Source: Sporichthyaceae bacterium
Lineage (GTDB): Bacteria; Actinomycetota; Actinomycetes; JACCUZ01
DNA length: 64,000 nucleotides
NCBI GenBank assembly: GCA_031365725.1
Contig: JANLYQ010000060.1
Location: 19,073-83,072, forward strand
Reading direction: 5' to 3'
Both the position numbers and the translations under genes were made by a program. The notes beneath the pieces were generated by a model, which was not told the DNA's origin, did not search any database, and saw only the letters and a program-made list of their open reading frames with translations. Shown here one piece after another: positions 20,224 to 29,459 of this stretch. Position 1 is the first letter of the stretch. Every line of letters starts with the position of its first letter.

Positions 20224-23200
20224 TCACAGCACCCACATCTGGGAGATCAGCGGGCCGAGCTGGGGATTGACGAGGACGTTGTCGACCCGCTTGCTCACGA
20301 AGTCCTGCTGGAGGCTGCCGAAGAAGGGGATGATGGCAGCATCGTCCACAACCTGGCGGTCCAACGCCGCCCATGCATCGCTGGCCTTGCCCGGGTCGGC
20401 GACCTGCTGCTCGACGGCGGCCGCGATGCCGGCCTCGATGGATCTGTCGCAGTACCGGGACACGTTGAACAGGGTGAGAGCGGGGTTGCACGCGGCCAGA
20501 CCGGCGATGAAGTTCGAGGCCGCTGGGTAGTCAGCGCCCCACCCGCTGAGGGTGACTTGGAAGTGCCGAGAGGGGTCGGTCACGTACGAACCGTAGTTGT
20601 CCGCGGCCACGGTCTTGGGCGAGGCCCGGTACCCCAGCTCGCCGAGCAGGGCGATGACGCGGCGTCCCTTGGCCTGCCAGCCCGGGTCGCTGGGCAGAAC
20701 GACGACAACCTTGGCCCCCTTGGTGCCCGAAGCTTGCACGAGACGTTGCGCCTCTCGCAGGTCCGGGCCCGAGTAGGCGCCGCTGTTGTCGCCGCCGAGG
20801 GTGAAGGGGCAGTAGGGCGCGTAGCCCGGGAAATTGGGTGGGATCAGCTGGCAGGTGACCGGACCGGCGAAGCTCGCCGGCCTGCTTGCCAGTAGCCGGC
20901 GGTCGAGAGCGAAAGCCACGGCCCGCCGGGCATCCCGGTTGTTGAACGGTGGGTCCGTCGTCCGCAGGAACAGCATCCTGATGAAGAGTCCGGGGTTCGT
21001 CTGCAGCTGTCGGCCGTAATGCTTGGTCAGGCCGGCGGCTACATCCGGCGATATCCGGGACCACACCACGTCGGCCTGGCCCCGCGAGATTTGGCGTACC
21101 GCCTCCCGCTCGGTGTACCCGGTGCGGAGCACGATCCGGTCCGGGTAACCACCGGGCTGGGCGGCGCCTGACCAGACGTGGAAGTGGGGGTTCCGCACCA
21201 GCTCCAGTTCGCCGGGCACGGCCGGCTGACCCTTCCCCGCCGCTTTCTGAAGCCGGTAGGAGCCTATCCGGTACGGCCCGGTCGCCGGCAGGAACGTGCC
21301 CGGGGGGAGGACGGCCGGGGTGCCGTGAGGAACGGCAGCCGCACCGGGAAAGGCAAGCTGGTACACGAACTCGGGCGTCGGCCGGGTGAGGTGGAAGGTC
21401 ACGGTGCGGGCCCTGTCGTCGGCCACGATGCCGGAGCCCAGGTCGCAGGTCGTCGGTCGGGGCGCCTGCGCCTTCACGGCCTGGTCGACTCGGTCACGGC
21501 AGGCTTGGCCGCCCACCAGCTCGGTGGCGAAGTACTGCCATGGACCCCCGTCGTGCAGGAGCGTCCGCTCGATGCCTCGTCGCACGTCGTCGGCGACGAC
21601 GACGGTGCCGTCGGAGTAGCGCACTCCGGCGCGCAGGCGGAACGTGTAGGTGCGACCGCCGTCGGTAGGTGACGGGATGGACGTCGCCAGGTCGGGCACC
21701 GGGACGCCGCCTTGAACCCCGGCGGCACGCCGGAAGCCGACCAGGCCGTCGTAGCTGAGCGCCGCAAGCCGCCAGGTGAACTCGCTGTAGAAGTCGGCCG
21801 GGTCGAGCACGGGGGGATCGTTGTCGAAATTGACCGCCGGTCCGACCATCGTCAGCACGCCGCCGCGGTGCAGGGCCGACCCGCCGCCGGCGCTGGTGAA
21901 CCACAGGTCCTTACCGATGAAGGCCAAGCCCAGCGGTGCTCCGCGGACCCGCACCGTGTCGCGCAAAGTGAGGCTGCGACCCTGCACGCGGCTGAGCGTT
22001 CCGGCGTACTCGTTGCTCACCCAGACGTCTGGGCCGTGCGCGGCCACGCCGTAGGCCCCGCCGCCCTTGGCCAGGGGGAGTGAGGTGACGCTCTGGTCCT
22101 CGGTGTTGATGCGTGACAGCGAGCCGTCGAGGTTGTTGGCCACCCACACCGCCCCGCCACCGACCGCGATCCCGCTAGGACCTTGGCCCACCGGGATGGT
22201 CGCCTCGACCGTCGCCGTAGCGGGGTTGATCCTGCTCACGGTCCCTTCAGCCTGGTTGGTCACCCACACGGAGCCGGCGCCGTAGGCGATCCCAGTGGGG
22301 CCTGCCCCCACCGGGATCGGGGGCAGCAGCCGCTCCGTGTCGGGCTCGATCACCGTCACCGAGGCGTCCAGCGCATTGGTGACCCAGACCTTCCCGGCCG
22401 CGACGATGATCCCCGTCGGCCCCTGCCGGACCTGGATGGTCCGCGTGAGCGAGGTAGCGGGGTCGATCCTCGAGACCGTGCCTGCGCCGGAGTTGGCGAC
22501 CCACACCGAACCGGCCCCGACGGTGACCCCCGATGGGCTCGCGCCGACCGGGATCTGCACGGCCGCGTTGGTCCGGGTGTCGATGTGCGACACCGTGCCG
22601 CTGGTCGCATTCGTCACCCAGACCGTTCCGGCGCCGCCCGCGACCCCCGTCGGGCGTCCGCCGACCGACACGACGGCAGCGACGCGGACCTCGTTCCCCG
22701 GGCCGATCACGGCGGCAGTGTCCTCGCCGACCACGACCTCTGCCTCCGAGCGGGAGTGGACGAGATAGGTCGGGACCACCACCAGTGCGACGGCGAGCAC
22801 TGCGACGGCCGCTACTACACCTCGCAGCCGCTGACGCCGCGTGTAGAGCGGCACGATGCCGGTCCCCCGCCGGGAGTCGTCGGGGTCGACCCCGCCGTCG
22901 ACGAGCCGGAACACCCGCCAGGGCTCCTCGACGCCCTTCAGCGGCCGCTCCTCCCCGCCTTCGAACACGAGCCCGGAGCCGCCGGTCATGTCCCGCACGT
23001 TGCTGGACACCAGCACCTCGCCCGGCTCGGCCAGGGCCGCGATCCGCGCGCCGATGTTCACGGTCGTCCCGCCGACCTTGCCGCCGATCACCTCGCACTC
23101 GCCCATGTGCACCCCGGCGCGCACCTGAAGCCCCAGGCCGGCCACCGCCGCCGTGATGCCCGAAGCAGCGCGCACCGCCCGTTCCGGGGTCTCGAAGACG

Positions 23201-23400
23201 GCGAAGAATCCGTCACCCGCGGTGTCCATCTCGCGGCCCTGAAATCTCCGCAGCTCGCGTCGCACCACCGCGTGGTGCTTTTCGAGCAGGTCCCGCCAGC
23301 CACGGTCACCCAGCGCCGCGGCGCGTTCGGTCGACCCCACGACGTCGGTGAACAGCACAGTGGCCAGGAACCGCCGTGAGTCGTTCCGGAGGTGCGCCAT
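20224..23400 (-). CDS. multidomain sensor: class III adenylate/guanylate cyclase - TM helix - YVTN-type beta-propeller repeats - family-5 solute-binding (SBP_bac_5) domain
   Basis: N-terminus FTDVVGSTE...GDGFFAVF...GVHMGE is a cyclase homology domain. This is followed by a hydrophobic helix, then repeated VGxGPxGIAxGxGxVWVxN units, then an SBP-5-like C-terminal roughly 450 aa. Confidence 0.8.
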   Translation of the reverse strand: MAHLRNDSRRFLATVLFTDVVGSTERAAALGDRGWRDLLEKHHAVVRRELRRFQGREMDTAGDGFFAVFETPERAVRAASGITAAVAGLGLQVRAGVHMGECEVIGGKVGGTTVNIGARIAALAEPGEVLVSSNVRDMTGGSGLVFEGGEERPLKGVEEPWRVFRLVDGGVDPDDSRRGTGIVPLYTRRQRLRGVVAAVAVLAVALVVVPTYLVHSRSEAEVVVGEDTAAVIGPGNEVRVAAVVSVGGRPTGVAGGAGTVWVTNATSGTVSHIDTRTNAAVQIPVGASPSGVTVGAGSVWVANSGAGTVSRIDPATSLTRTIQVRQGPTGIIVAAGKVWVTNALDASVTVIEPDTERLLPPIPVGAGPTGIAYGAGSVWVTNQAEGTVSRINPATATVEATIPVGQGPSGIAVGGGAVWVANNLDGSLSRINTEDQSVTSLPLAKGGGAYGVAAHGPDVWVSNEYAGTLSRVQGRSLTLRDTVRVRGAPLGLAFIGKDLWFTSAGGGSALHRGGVLTMVGPAVNFDNDPPVLDPADFYSEFTWRLAALSYDGLVGFRRAAGVQGGVPVPDLATSIPSPTDGGRTYTFRLRAGVRYSDGTVVVADDVRRGIERTLLHDGGPWQYFATELVGGQACRDRVDQAVKAQAPRPTTCDLGSGIVADDRARTVTFHLTRPTPEFVYQLAFPGAAAVPHGTPAVLPPGTFLPATGPYRIGSYRLQKAAGKGQPAVPGELELVRNPHFHVWSGAAQPGGYPDRIVLRTGYTEREAVRQISRGQADVVWSRISPDVAAGLTKHYGRQLQTNPGLFIRMLFLRTTDPPFNNRDARRAVAFALDRRLLASRPASFAGPVTCQLIPPNFPGYAPYCPFTLGGDNSGAYSGPDLREAQRLVQASGTKGAKVVVVLPSDPGWQAKGRRVIALLGELGYRASPKTVAADNYGSYVTDPSRHFQVTLSGWGADYPAASNFIAGLAACNPALTLFNVSRYCDRSIEAGIAAAVEQQVADPGKASDAWAALDRQVVDDAAIIPFFGSLQQDFVSKRVDNVLVNPQLGPLISQMWVL

Positions 23401-23533
23401 GCTCGCAGTCTGATCCGGTTGTCGCCCGGTGGACAGGACATTTCCGATTCGCCTTGGGATGCGCTCGACGGCGGTCTGAGCGAGGGCTCGATGTTCAGCA
23501 ACGATTCAGCAACCGTGTGGCACGGTCGCCAAC

Positions 23534-25483
23534 GTGCGCGTGTCAGACCGGTGGCTTCCTCGACTGCCAGGAGTCCGTCGCAGCCTCCTGGTGCCACTGA
23601 TCGCCTTGCTGGTGCTGGCTGTCGCTGCCGGCGCCACGACGTACCGCGTGCTTCACGCCGGCTCGACGACCGCAAGCCGGGTGCCCACCGTGGGAGTCGG
23701 GCGTGGCGACGTCGTGGTCACTGTGGGCGGTGTCGGTCACGTCGTCACCGCCGGATCCACGTCCCTCGGGGCGGGTACGGCGGTCAGTGCGGGCGGCGTT
23801 GGGGGTGCGGGCAGCAGCCAGAGCGGTGCCGGCGGTGGCACACCGCTGCCCGCGGGTGCGGTGACGCCACGGGTGAGCGGCCGGGTGGCTCGGGTCCTGG
23901 TGCGACCTGGTGCCGAGGTCGTCGCCGGCGAACCGTTGGCTGTCGTCGACGACGCCGGGGCGGCAGCGACTGCCTTGCACCAGGCCACGAATGAGGTCGC
24001 CGCCGCGACGGTCGAGCTCGACCGGGCCCAGCACCCGCTCTCACCGGCCGAAGCTGCCGCCCTGGCCGCCGAGGTCCGGCGCACCCAGGCCGACCTCGAG
24101 ACGCTGGGCGGCGGCACTGCGCGCGACCGTGCCGACGCTCTGCGCCGAGCACGGGAGTCGGTGACCGTCGCGAGCGCCAAGCTGCGGTTGGTGCAGCACC
24201 CGCGCACAGCAGCCGACATCGCCGCCGCGCGCGCCGAGGTCGCCCGCGCCGAGGCCGAGCTCGCGGCACTGCTCGCCCCCCCGGCACCGCCCACCGCCGA
24301 GTCCGTCGCCGCCGCTCGCGCTGCTCTGACAGCAGCCGAGGCCCGGCTGCGTCGGCTGACCGGTCCTCCCGACCCGTTGGCCGTGACCGCCGCCCGGGCG
24401 GAGGTCACCAAGGCCCAGGCCGACCTCGCGGTGCTGCTCACCCAGTCGCCGCCCGCTCCGCAGGTCGAGCTGGACGCGGCGCGCGCTGCTGTCGACACGG
24501 CCACAGCACGACTTGCGCAGCTGCTCGGCCCACCGGACCCGGCGGACGTGGCTACGGCGCAGGCCGAGGTGAGCCGCGCGCAGGCCGATGTCGCTGCATT
24601 GCTGACACCCCCTGCGGCGGCGTCCGCCACCGCGGTCGCCGCAGCCCGACAGAACCTCCAAGCCGCACGGACCAAGCTGGCGGTGCTGAGCCTCCCGGTG
24701 CCGGCAGCGGACGTGACAGCGGCCCGCGCCGACCTCGATCGTGCCGTAGGGGATCTCCGGTTGCTGCGGGCCGGACCCCGTCCGGCCGCCCTGGCCGCGG
24801 CCCGTGCCGCGGTCGACAGTGCCCGGGTTCGTGCGGCCGGTCCCGCCAACCACATCGATGTCGACGCGGCACGGGTGCGCCTCTCGATGGCCGGCACGGC
24901 CGTCACGGCCGCCCGACAGGCCCTCGACCTGCTCATGGTGCGCGCAGTCTCCGGCGGCACCGTCACCGGCGTCCTCGCCCGGCACGGCGCGCCGATCGAC
25001 CCGACGGTCGCGATCGTGACGGTCAACGACCTGCACGCCCTCGCGGTGGACGTCGATGTCAGCGAGTTCGACGCCGCACGGGTGCGGTCCGGGGCTCAGG
25101 TCGTGCTCGCGGTCGACGCACTAGGAGGAAAGTCCTTTGCCGGCCGGGTGCTTGCGGTCGCCGCCGCCGGGACCGTCACCGGCGGAGTCGTCACCTACCC
25201 GGTCCGGGTGAGCATCGCTCCCGGTGCAGCCGTGCGGCCGGGCATGAACGTCAGCGTCCGCATCGTGGTCGACGAACGCCGCCACGTCCTGCTGGTGCCG
25301 TTGTCGGTGCTGAGGTCCCGGACCCCGACCAGAGCAGTGGTGCGGGTGCTCGACCCGGCCGGGCACCCCCAACGTCGCACGGTCCAGCTCGGCCTCGCCG
25401 ACAACGCCAACGCCGAGGTGGTCGACGGTCTGCGGGTGGGTGACCGCGTCGTCGCACCAGCCGCGGGCAGCACCGGTGGCTGA
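23534..25483 (+). CDS. HlyD/MacA-family periplasmic adaptor with an unusually long repetitive coiled coil
   Basis: N-terminal TM anchor, a C-terminal beta-barrel/MP domain, and a central roughly 350-aa Ala/Arg-rich coiled coil with repeated LLxPPxPxxV segments. Overlaps the downstream ABC ATPase gene. Confidence 0.75.
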   Translation: MRVSDRWLPRLPGVRRSLLVPLIALLVLAVAAGATTYRVLHAGSTTASRVPTVGVGRGDVVVTVGGVGHVVTAGSTSLGAGTAVSAGGVGGAGSSQSGAGGGTPLPAGAVTPRVSGRVARVLVRPGAEVVAGEPLAVVDDAGAAATALHQATNEVAAATVELDRAQHPLSPAEAAALAAEVRRTQADLETLGGGTARDRADALRRARESVTVASAKLRLVQHPRTAADIAAARAEVARAEAELAALLAPPAPPTAESVAAARAALTAAEARLRRLTGPPDPLAVTAARAEVTKAQADLAVLLTQSPPAPQVELDAARAAVDTATARLAQLLGPPDPADVATAQAEVSRAQADVAALLTPPAAASATAVAAARQNLQAARTKLAVLSLPVPAADVTAARADLDRAVGDLRLLRAGPRPAALAAARAAVDSARVRAAGPANHIDVDAARVRLSMAGTAVTAARQALDLLMVRAVSGGTVTGVLARHGAPIDPTVAIVTVNDLHALAVDVDVSEFDAARVRSGAQVVLAVDALGGKSFAGRVLAVAAAGTVTGGVVTYPVRVSIAPGAAVRPGMNVSVRIVVDERRHVLLVPLSVLRSRTPTRAVVRVLDPAGHPQRRTVQLGLADNANAEVVDGLRVGDRVVAPAAGSTGG

Positions 25484-26165
25484 CCCGGCGTACGTCCTGG
25501 AGCTCACCGACATCACCAAGGTGCACCACGTCGGTGAGCAGGAAGTGCCTGCGCTGCGCGGCGTCAGCCTCACCGTGCGGCAAGGCGAGCTGGTGGCGGT
25601 CACCGGGGCGTCCGGCTCCGGCAAGACCACGCTGCTCTCTGTGCTCGGCTGCCTCGACCGGCCTACCACCGGTTCCTACCGGCTGGAGGGGCAGGAGGTG
25701 GCGGCGCTGCCGGAGGCTGCTCGCGCTCGGCTGCGTGGTCGCCGCATCGGGGTGGTGTTCCAGGCCTACAACCTGTTGCCGCAGTCCACGGCGTTCGAGA
25801 ACGTCGAGCTCCCCCTCGTGTACGCCGGCACCAGTGCGCGTCTGCGCCGGCCTCTGGTGCTCGAGGCACTCGCTCAGGTGGGCCTGGCGGCCCGGGCCGG
25901 CCACCGACCAGCCCAGCTCTCCGGCGGCGAGCAGCAGCGGGTGGGCATCGCGCGCGCCCTCGTCGTGCGACCCGCGGTGCTGCTCGCCGACGAACCCACG
26001 GGCAACCTCGACACGCGCAGCGCCGCCGACGTGCTCGACATCATCGAGCAGGTGCACCGAGGCGGCGCGACCATCGTGATGATCACACACTCCGACGAGG
26101 TGGCCGCGCGTGCCGGTCGCAACGTGCGGATGTCGGACGGCCACATCATCAGCGACACGTCATGA
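25440..26165 (+). CDS. ABC transporter ATP-binding protein (MacB/LolD-type)
   Basis: Walker A GASGSGKTT, signature LSGGEQQRV, Walker B LLADEPTGNLD. Confidence 0.88.
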   Translation: MTASSHQPRAAPVADPAYVLELTDITKVHHVGEQEVPALRGVSLTVRQGELVAVTGASGSGKTTLLSVLGCLDRPTTGSYRLEGQEVAALPEAARARLRGRRIGVVFQAYNLLPQSTAFENVELPLVYAGTSARLRRPLVLEALAQVGLAARAGHRPAQLSGGEQQRVGIARALVVRPAVLLADEPTGNLDTRSAADVLDIIEQVHRGGATIVMITHSDEVAARAGRNVRMSDGHIISDTS

Positions 26166-27373
26166 GCCGGCTGGGCGAGAACGTGCGCATCGCGTTGCGG
26201 TCGTTGCGGTCCAACTGGTTCCGTGGCGTGCTGACAGCGCTCGGTGTCGTGGTCGGTGTGGCGTCGGTCATCTCGGTGAACGCGGTGAGTGCCGGCGCAG
26301 CACAACAGGTCAGTGAGAGCATCAGGCGTCTCGGGGCCAATGTGGTGCTGGTCGACGGCGAGTTCATCAACGTCGGCACCGGCCAGTCGGCGACCGACCG
26401 CACCATCACCCCCGCCGACGTCGCCGCGATCGCTGCCCTGCCGGTGGTGACAGCCGCTGCGCCCGTGCAGGACATGGAGAGCCTGACCATCTCGGCCGGT
26501 CGCTTCCAGACCACGACGTACCTGCTCGGGGTCACGGGCGACTACGCCGGCATCTATCACCAAAGCGCGTCGCGGGGCCGGTTGCTCACGGCCGCGGACG
26601 TGACCGCCGGCCGCTCCGTGGTCGTGCTGGGTACCGTCCCGGCGCGCACGCTGTTCGCTGGTCTCGACCCGGTGGGCAGGACGGTGCGCGTGGGCAGCCG
26701 TGAGCTCGAGGTCGTTGGTGTTCAGGCCACCCGGGGGCGCAGCGGGGGCGAGAACCTGGACGCGCGGGTGTTCGTGCCCTTGCCTGTCGTTACCCGGGTC
26801 ATCCTCGGCGGGTCCGCCACCAAGAGCCTGTCGGTGCAGGTTCGTACCGAGCGCGACATCGGCCCGGTACAGCAGCAGATCAGCACCATCCTGCGGCGCC
26901 AACACAGCCTGCCGGCCGCCTATGCCGACGACTTCTCCACCAGCGACCAGGCGAGCACGGTGAAGGAGGCTCAGCAGGCGACGACGACCTTTCGTGCGTT
27001 GACATTTGCCCTCGGCGGCATCTCGATGCTGGTCGGCGGCATCGGCATCATGAACATGATGTTGGTGTCGGTGAAGGAACGCACCCGCGAGATCGGCATC
27101 CGCAAGTCGGTAGGGGCGACGCCGGGGGTCGTGCAGACGCAGTTTCTCATCGAGGCCTCGGTGCTGACATTTCTCGCCGGAGTGGGCGGCGTGCTGCTCG
27201 GCGTCGTTGCGACGCGGGTTATCGGCAGCCTGCTCGGGTGGCAGACGGTGGTCGGTGCGCAGTCGCTGCTGGGGGCCTTGCTGATCGCGTTGGTCGTGGG
27301 CGTCTTCTTCGGCTACTACCCGGCTCGTCGGGCTGCACGACTCGACCCCATCGTCGCGATGCAGAGCACATAG
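26162..27373 (+). CDS. ABC transporter permease, FtsX/MacB-type (4 TM helices plus a periplasmic domain)
   Basis: 403 aa. ATG at 26162 overlaps the ATPase stop (ATGA). FtsX-like C-terminal TM bundle. Confidence 0.85.
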   Translation: MSRLGENVRIALRSLRSNWFRGVLTALGVVVGVASVISVNAVSAGAAQQVSESIRRLGANVVLVDGEFINVGTGQSATDRTITPADVAAIAALPVVTAAAPVQDMESLTISAGRFQTTTYLLGVTGDYAGIYHQSASRGRLLTAADVTAGRSVVVLGTVPARTLFAGLDPVGRTVRVGSRELEVVGVQATRGRSGGENLDARVFVPLPVVTRVILGGSATKSLSVQVRTERDIGPVQQQISTILRRQHSLPAAYADDFSTSDQASTVKEAQQATTTFRALTFALGGISMLVGGIGIMNMMLVSVKERTREIGIRKSVGATPGVVQTQFLIEASVLTFLAGVGGVLLGVVATRVIGSLLGWQTVVGAQSLLGALLIALVVGVFFGYYPARRAARLDPIVAMQST

Positions 27374-27382
27374 GCTCCGAGC

Positions 27383-27793
27383 ATGCGGGTCACCATGCTG
27401 CTGGCCGATGCGGCCCAGGAGGTCAACGGCAAGCTCTACGTGCTCGGTGGGGGTTGGTCGGTGACCGGTCCTGCACTGCCGCCGATGGCGCTGGCCATCA
27501 AGCTGGACGTGCCGTGGAGCGCCGCCAACGAGCAGCACGAGTTCGTCCTCGAGCTCGTCGACCAGGACGGGCACGAGGTCCCGGCAGGAGACGGCAGCGG
27601 TGTCCGCGCTGAGGGCGCCTTCGAGGTCGGCCGGCCGGTCGGCGTCCCGGTCGGCAGCGACATCGACTTCGCCTTCGCGGTGACGATCCCGTCGTTCCCG
27701 GTGCCCCCCGGTCGATACACGTGGCGCCTGTCGATCGACGGCACGTCCCATGAGGACTGGGTGCGACCCTTCACGGTGCGGGCCGCGGTGTGA
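27383..27793 (+). CDS. hypothetical protein, translationally coupled to the downstream Nif3-family gene
   Basis: 136-aa track ORF. Its stop overlaps the GTG start of the next gene. No known domain recognised. Confidence 0.5.
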   Translation: MRVTMLLADAAQEVNGKLYVLGGGWSVTGPALPPMALAIKLDVPWSAANEQHEFVLELVDQDGHEVPAGDGSGVRAEGAFEVGRPVGVPVGSDIDFAFAVTIPSFPVPPGRYTWRLSIDGTSHEDWVRPFTVRAAV

Positions 27794-28635
27794 GCGAGTC
27801 CGGTCCTGTGTTGCGGCTGGCAGAGGTGGTCGCCGTCCTGGACGGCCTCTACGACCCGGCCTGGGCGATGGACTGGGACGCGGTGGGGCTGGTCACCGGT
27901 GACCCCGACCAGGGGGTACGCCGGGTGCTGCTGGCGGTCGACCCGGTGCAGGCGGTCATCGACGAGGCGGTCGCGTGGGGCGCCGACCTACTGGTGACCC
28001 ATCATCCGCTGCTGCTGCGGGGGGTGCACGGGGTGGCGCAGACCGGGCCCAAGGGGCGCGCGGTGACGAGTCTCGTGCGGGCTGGGGTTGCCCTGCTGGT
28101 CGCACACACCAACGCCGACGTCGCCGCACCCGGTGTCTCCGATGCGTTGGCGGGCGTGCTCGGGCTGACCGACGTACGCCCGCTCGTGGCGAGCCCAGAT
28201 GACTGCACCGGCGCCCGGGGACTGGGCCGGGTCGGCAGGTGGGTTCCTCGAGCCAGCGGTTTCACGGTGCGCGACTTCGCTGCGCACGTCGCCGGGGCGT
28301 TGCCGGCGACGCCCCAGGGCGTGCGGGTGGGCGGTGACCTTGACGCACTGGTGCGCACGGTCGCCGTGTGCGGGGGAGCGGGTGACGACGTGTTCGCCGA
28401 GGTCAGAGCGAGCGAGGCGGACGCCTACGTCACCGCCGACCTGCGTCATCACCCGGCCTCCGAAGCCCTCGAGCACAGTGGGCCCGGACTGGTCGACGTG
28501 AGTCATTGGGCGAGCGAGTGGCCGTGGCTGGGCGCCTGCGAGGCTCTGCTTCGGCAGCGGCTGGGCGAACGGGCCGCTACCGTGACGACGCGGGTCTCGG
28601 CACTCGTCACCGACCCGTTCACCCTGCACTGCTGA
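27790..28635 (+). CDS. Nif3-family dinuclear metal centre protein (YqfO/YbgI-like)
   Basis: Typical Nif3 family motifs (DWDAVGL, LLVTHHPLL, AHTNAD, DAYVTADLRHH). Confidence 0.85.
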   Translation: MSESGPVLRLAEVVAVLDGLYDPAWAMDWDAVGLVTGDPDQGVRRVLLAVDPVQAVIDEAVAWGADLLVTHHPLLLRGVHGVAQTGPKGRAVTSLVRAGVALLVAHTNADVAAPGVSDALAGVLGLTDVRPLVASPDDCTGARGLGRVGRWVPRASGFTVRDFAAHVAGALPATPQGVRVGGDLDALVRTVAVCGGAGDDVFAEVRASEADAYVTADLRHHPASEALEHSGPGLVDVSHWASEWPWLGACEALLRQRLGERAATVTTRVSALVTDPFTLHC

Positions 28636-28644
28636 GCCGGCCCG

Positions 28645-28695
28645 CCCGTCCGGCATCGTCCCGGCATCGTCCCCACATCGTTCCCGCATCGTTCC
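28645..28695. repeat. about 4 tandem copies of an 11-12 bp unit (CCGGCATCGTC / CCCGCATCGTTC) in the intergenic region upstream of the zinc-ribbon gene
   Basis: The sequence ccggcatcgtcccggcatcgtccccacatcgttcccgcatcgttccc is seen directly. Confidence 0.45.
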
Positions 28696-28715
28696 CACCG
28701 CACGAGGAGCACCCG

Positions 28716-29459
28716 CTGAAAGCCCCGGCCACAGACCAGCAGCGCCTCCTCGACGTCCAGGCACTGGACACCCGCATCGACCAGCTGGCGCACCGTCGAC
28801 GCACGCTTCCCGAGCACACGGCGCTGGCCGAGCTCCACACCCGGCTCGGCGGGCTGCGCGACGACCTCGTGGTCGTGGACACCGAGATCAGTGACGTCGA
28901 ACGCGAGCTGAGCAAGGCCGAGGCCGATGTCGATCAGGTACGCAGCCGGGCCGACCGCGACCAGAAGCGCCTCGACGCGGGGCAGGTCTCCTCACCGAAG
29001 GAGCTCGAGAGCCTGCAGCACGAGATCGCGACCCTGGGCCGACGCCAAGGCGACCTCGAGGACGTCGTGCTCGAGATCATGGAGCGCCTCGACACCGCTC
29101 AGAACCGTCGTGCCGAGCTCACGACCGAGCAGGAGGCGGCCACCGCACGAGTCACCGAGCTGACCGCCGATCGCGACCGCAGCACCGGCGAGATCGACAA
29201 CGAGACCGAGCAGCTGCAGGCGCAGCGATCGACGCAGGCCGGTTCCCTCGATGGGGCGCTGGTCACGATGTACGAGAAGATCCGCGCACAGCAAGGCGGT
29301 GTGGGTGCGGCAGAGCTGCGGCAGCGGCGGTGCGGCGGGTGCCGGCTGGAGCTGAACAATGTCGAGATCAACGAGCTGCGTGACTCCGACCCGGACGAGG
29401 TGATGCGGTGCGACGAGTGCCGTCGCATCCTGGTGCGCACCACCGAGTCGGGTCTGTGA
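28716..29459 (+). CDS. zinc-ribbon coiled-coil protein (Rv2229c-like), apparent CTG start
   Basis: C-terminal CGGC...CDEC zinc ribbon and a long coiled coil. The N-terminus LKAPATDQQRLLDVQALDTRIDQLAHRR aligns with Rv2229c MKADVAQQRSLLEL... No ATG/GTG/TTG is available, but a GGAG RBS lies 6 nt upstream of the CTG at 28716. Confidence 0.6.
   Translation: MKAPATDQQRLLDVQALDTRIDQLAHRRRTLPEHTALAELHTRLGGLRDDLVVVDTEISDVERELSKAEADVDQVRSRADRDQKRLDAGQVSSPKELESLQHEIATLGRRQGDLEDVVLEIMERLDTAQNRRAELTTEQEAATARVTELTADRDRSTGEIDNETEQLQAQRSTQAGSLDGALVTMYEKIRAQQGGVGAAELRQRRCGGCRLELNNVEINELRDSDPDEVMRCDECRRILVRTTESGL

Noticed and set aside
20090-23400. Genomic island integrated at tRNA-Val
   Set aside because: No direct repeat of the tRNA 3' end, integrase or foreign-looking cargo was found downstream. 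The adjacent gene is a large chromosomal-type sensor cyclase.
25874-27751. 625-aa minus-strand ORF antisense to the ABC ATPase/permease genes
   Set aside because: It is antisense to an ABC transporter with canonical Walker and signature motifs, with no homology support.
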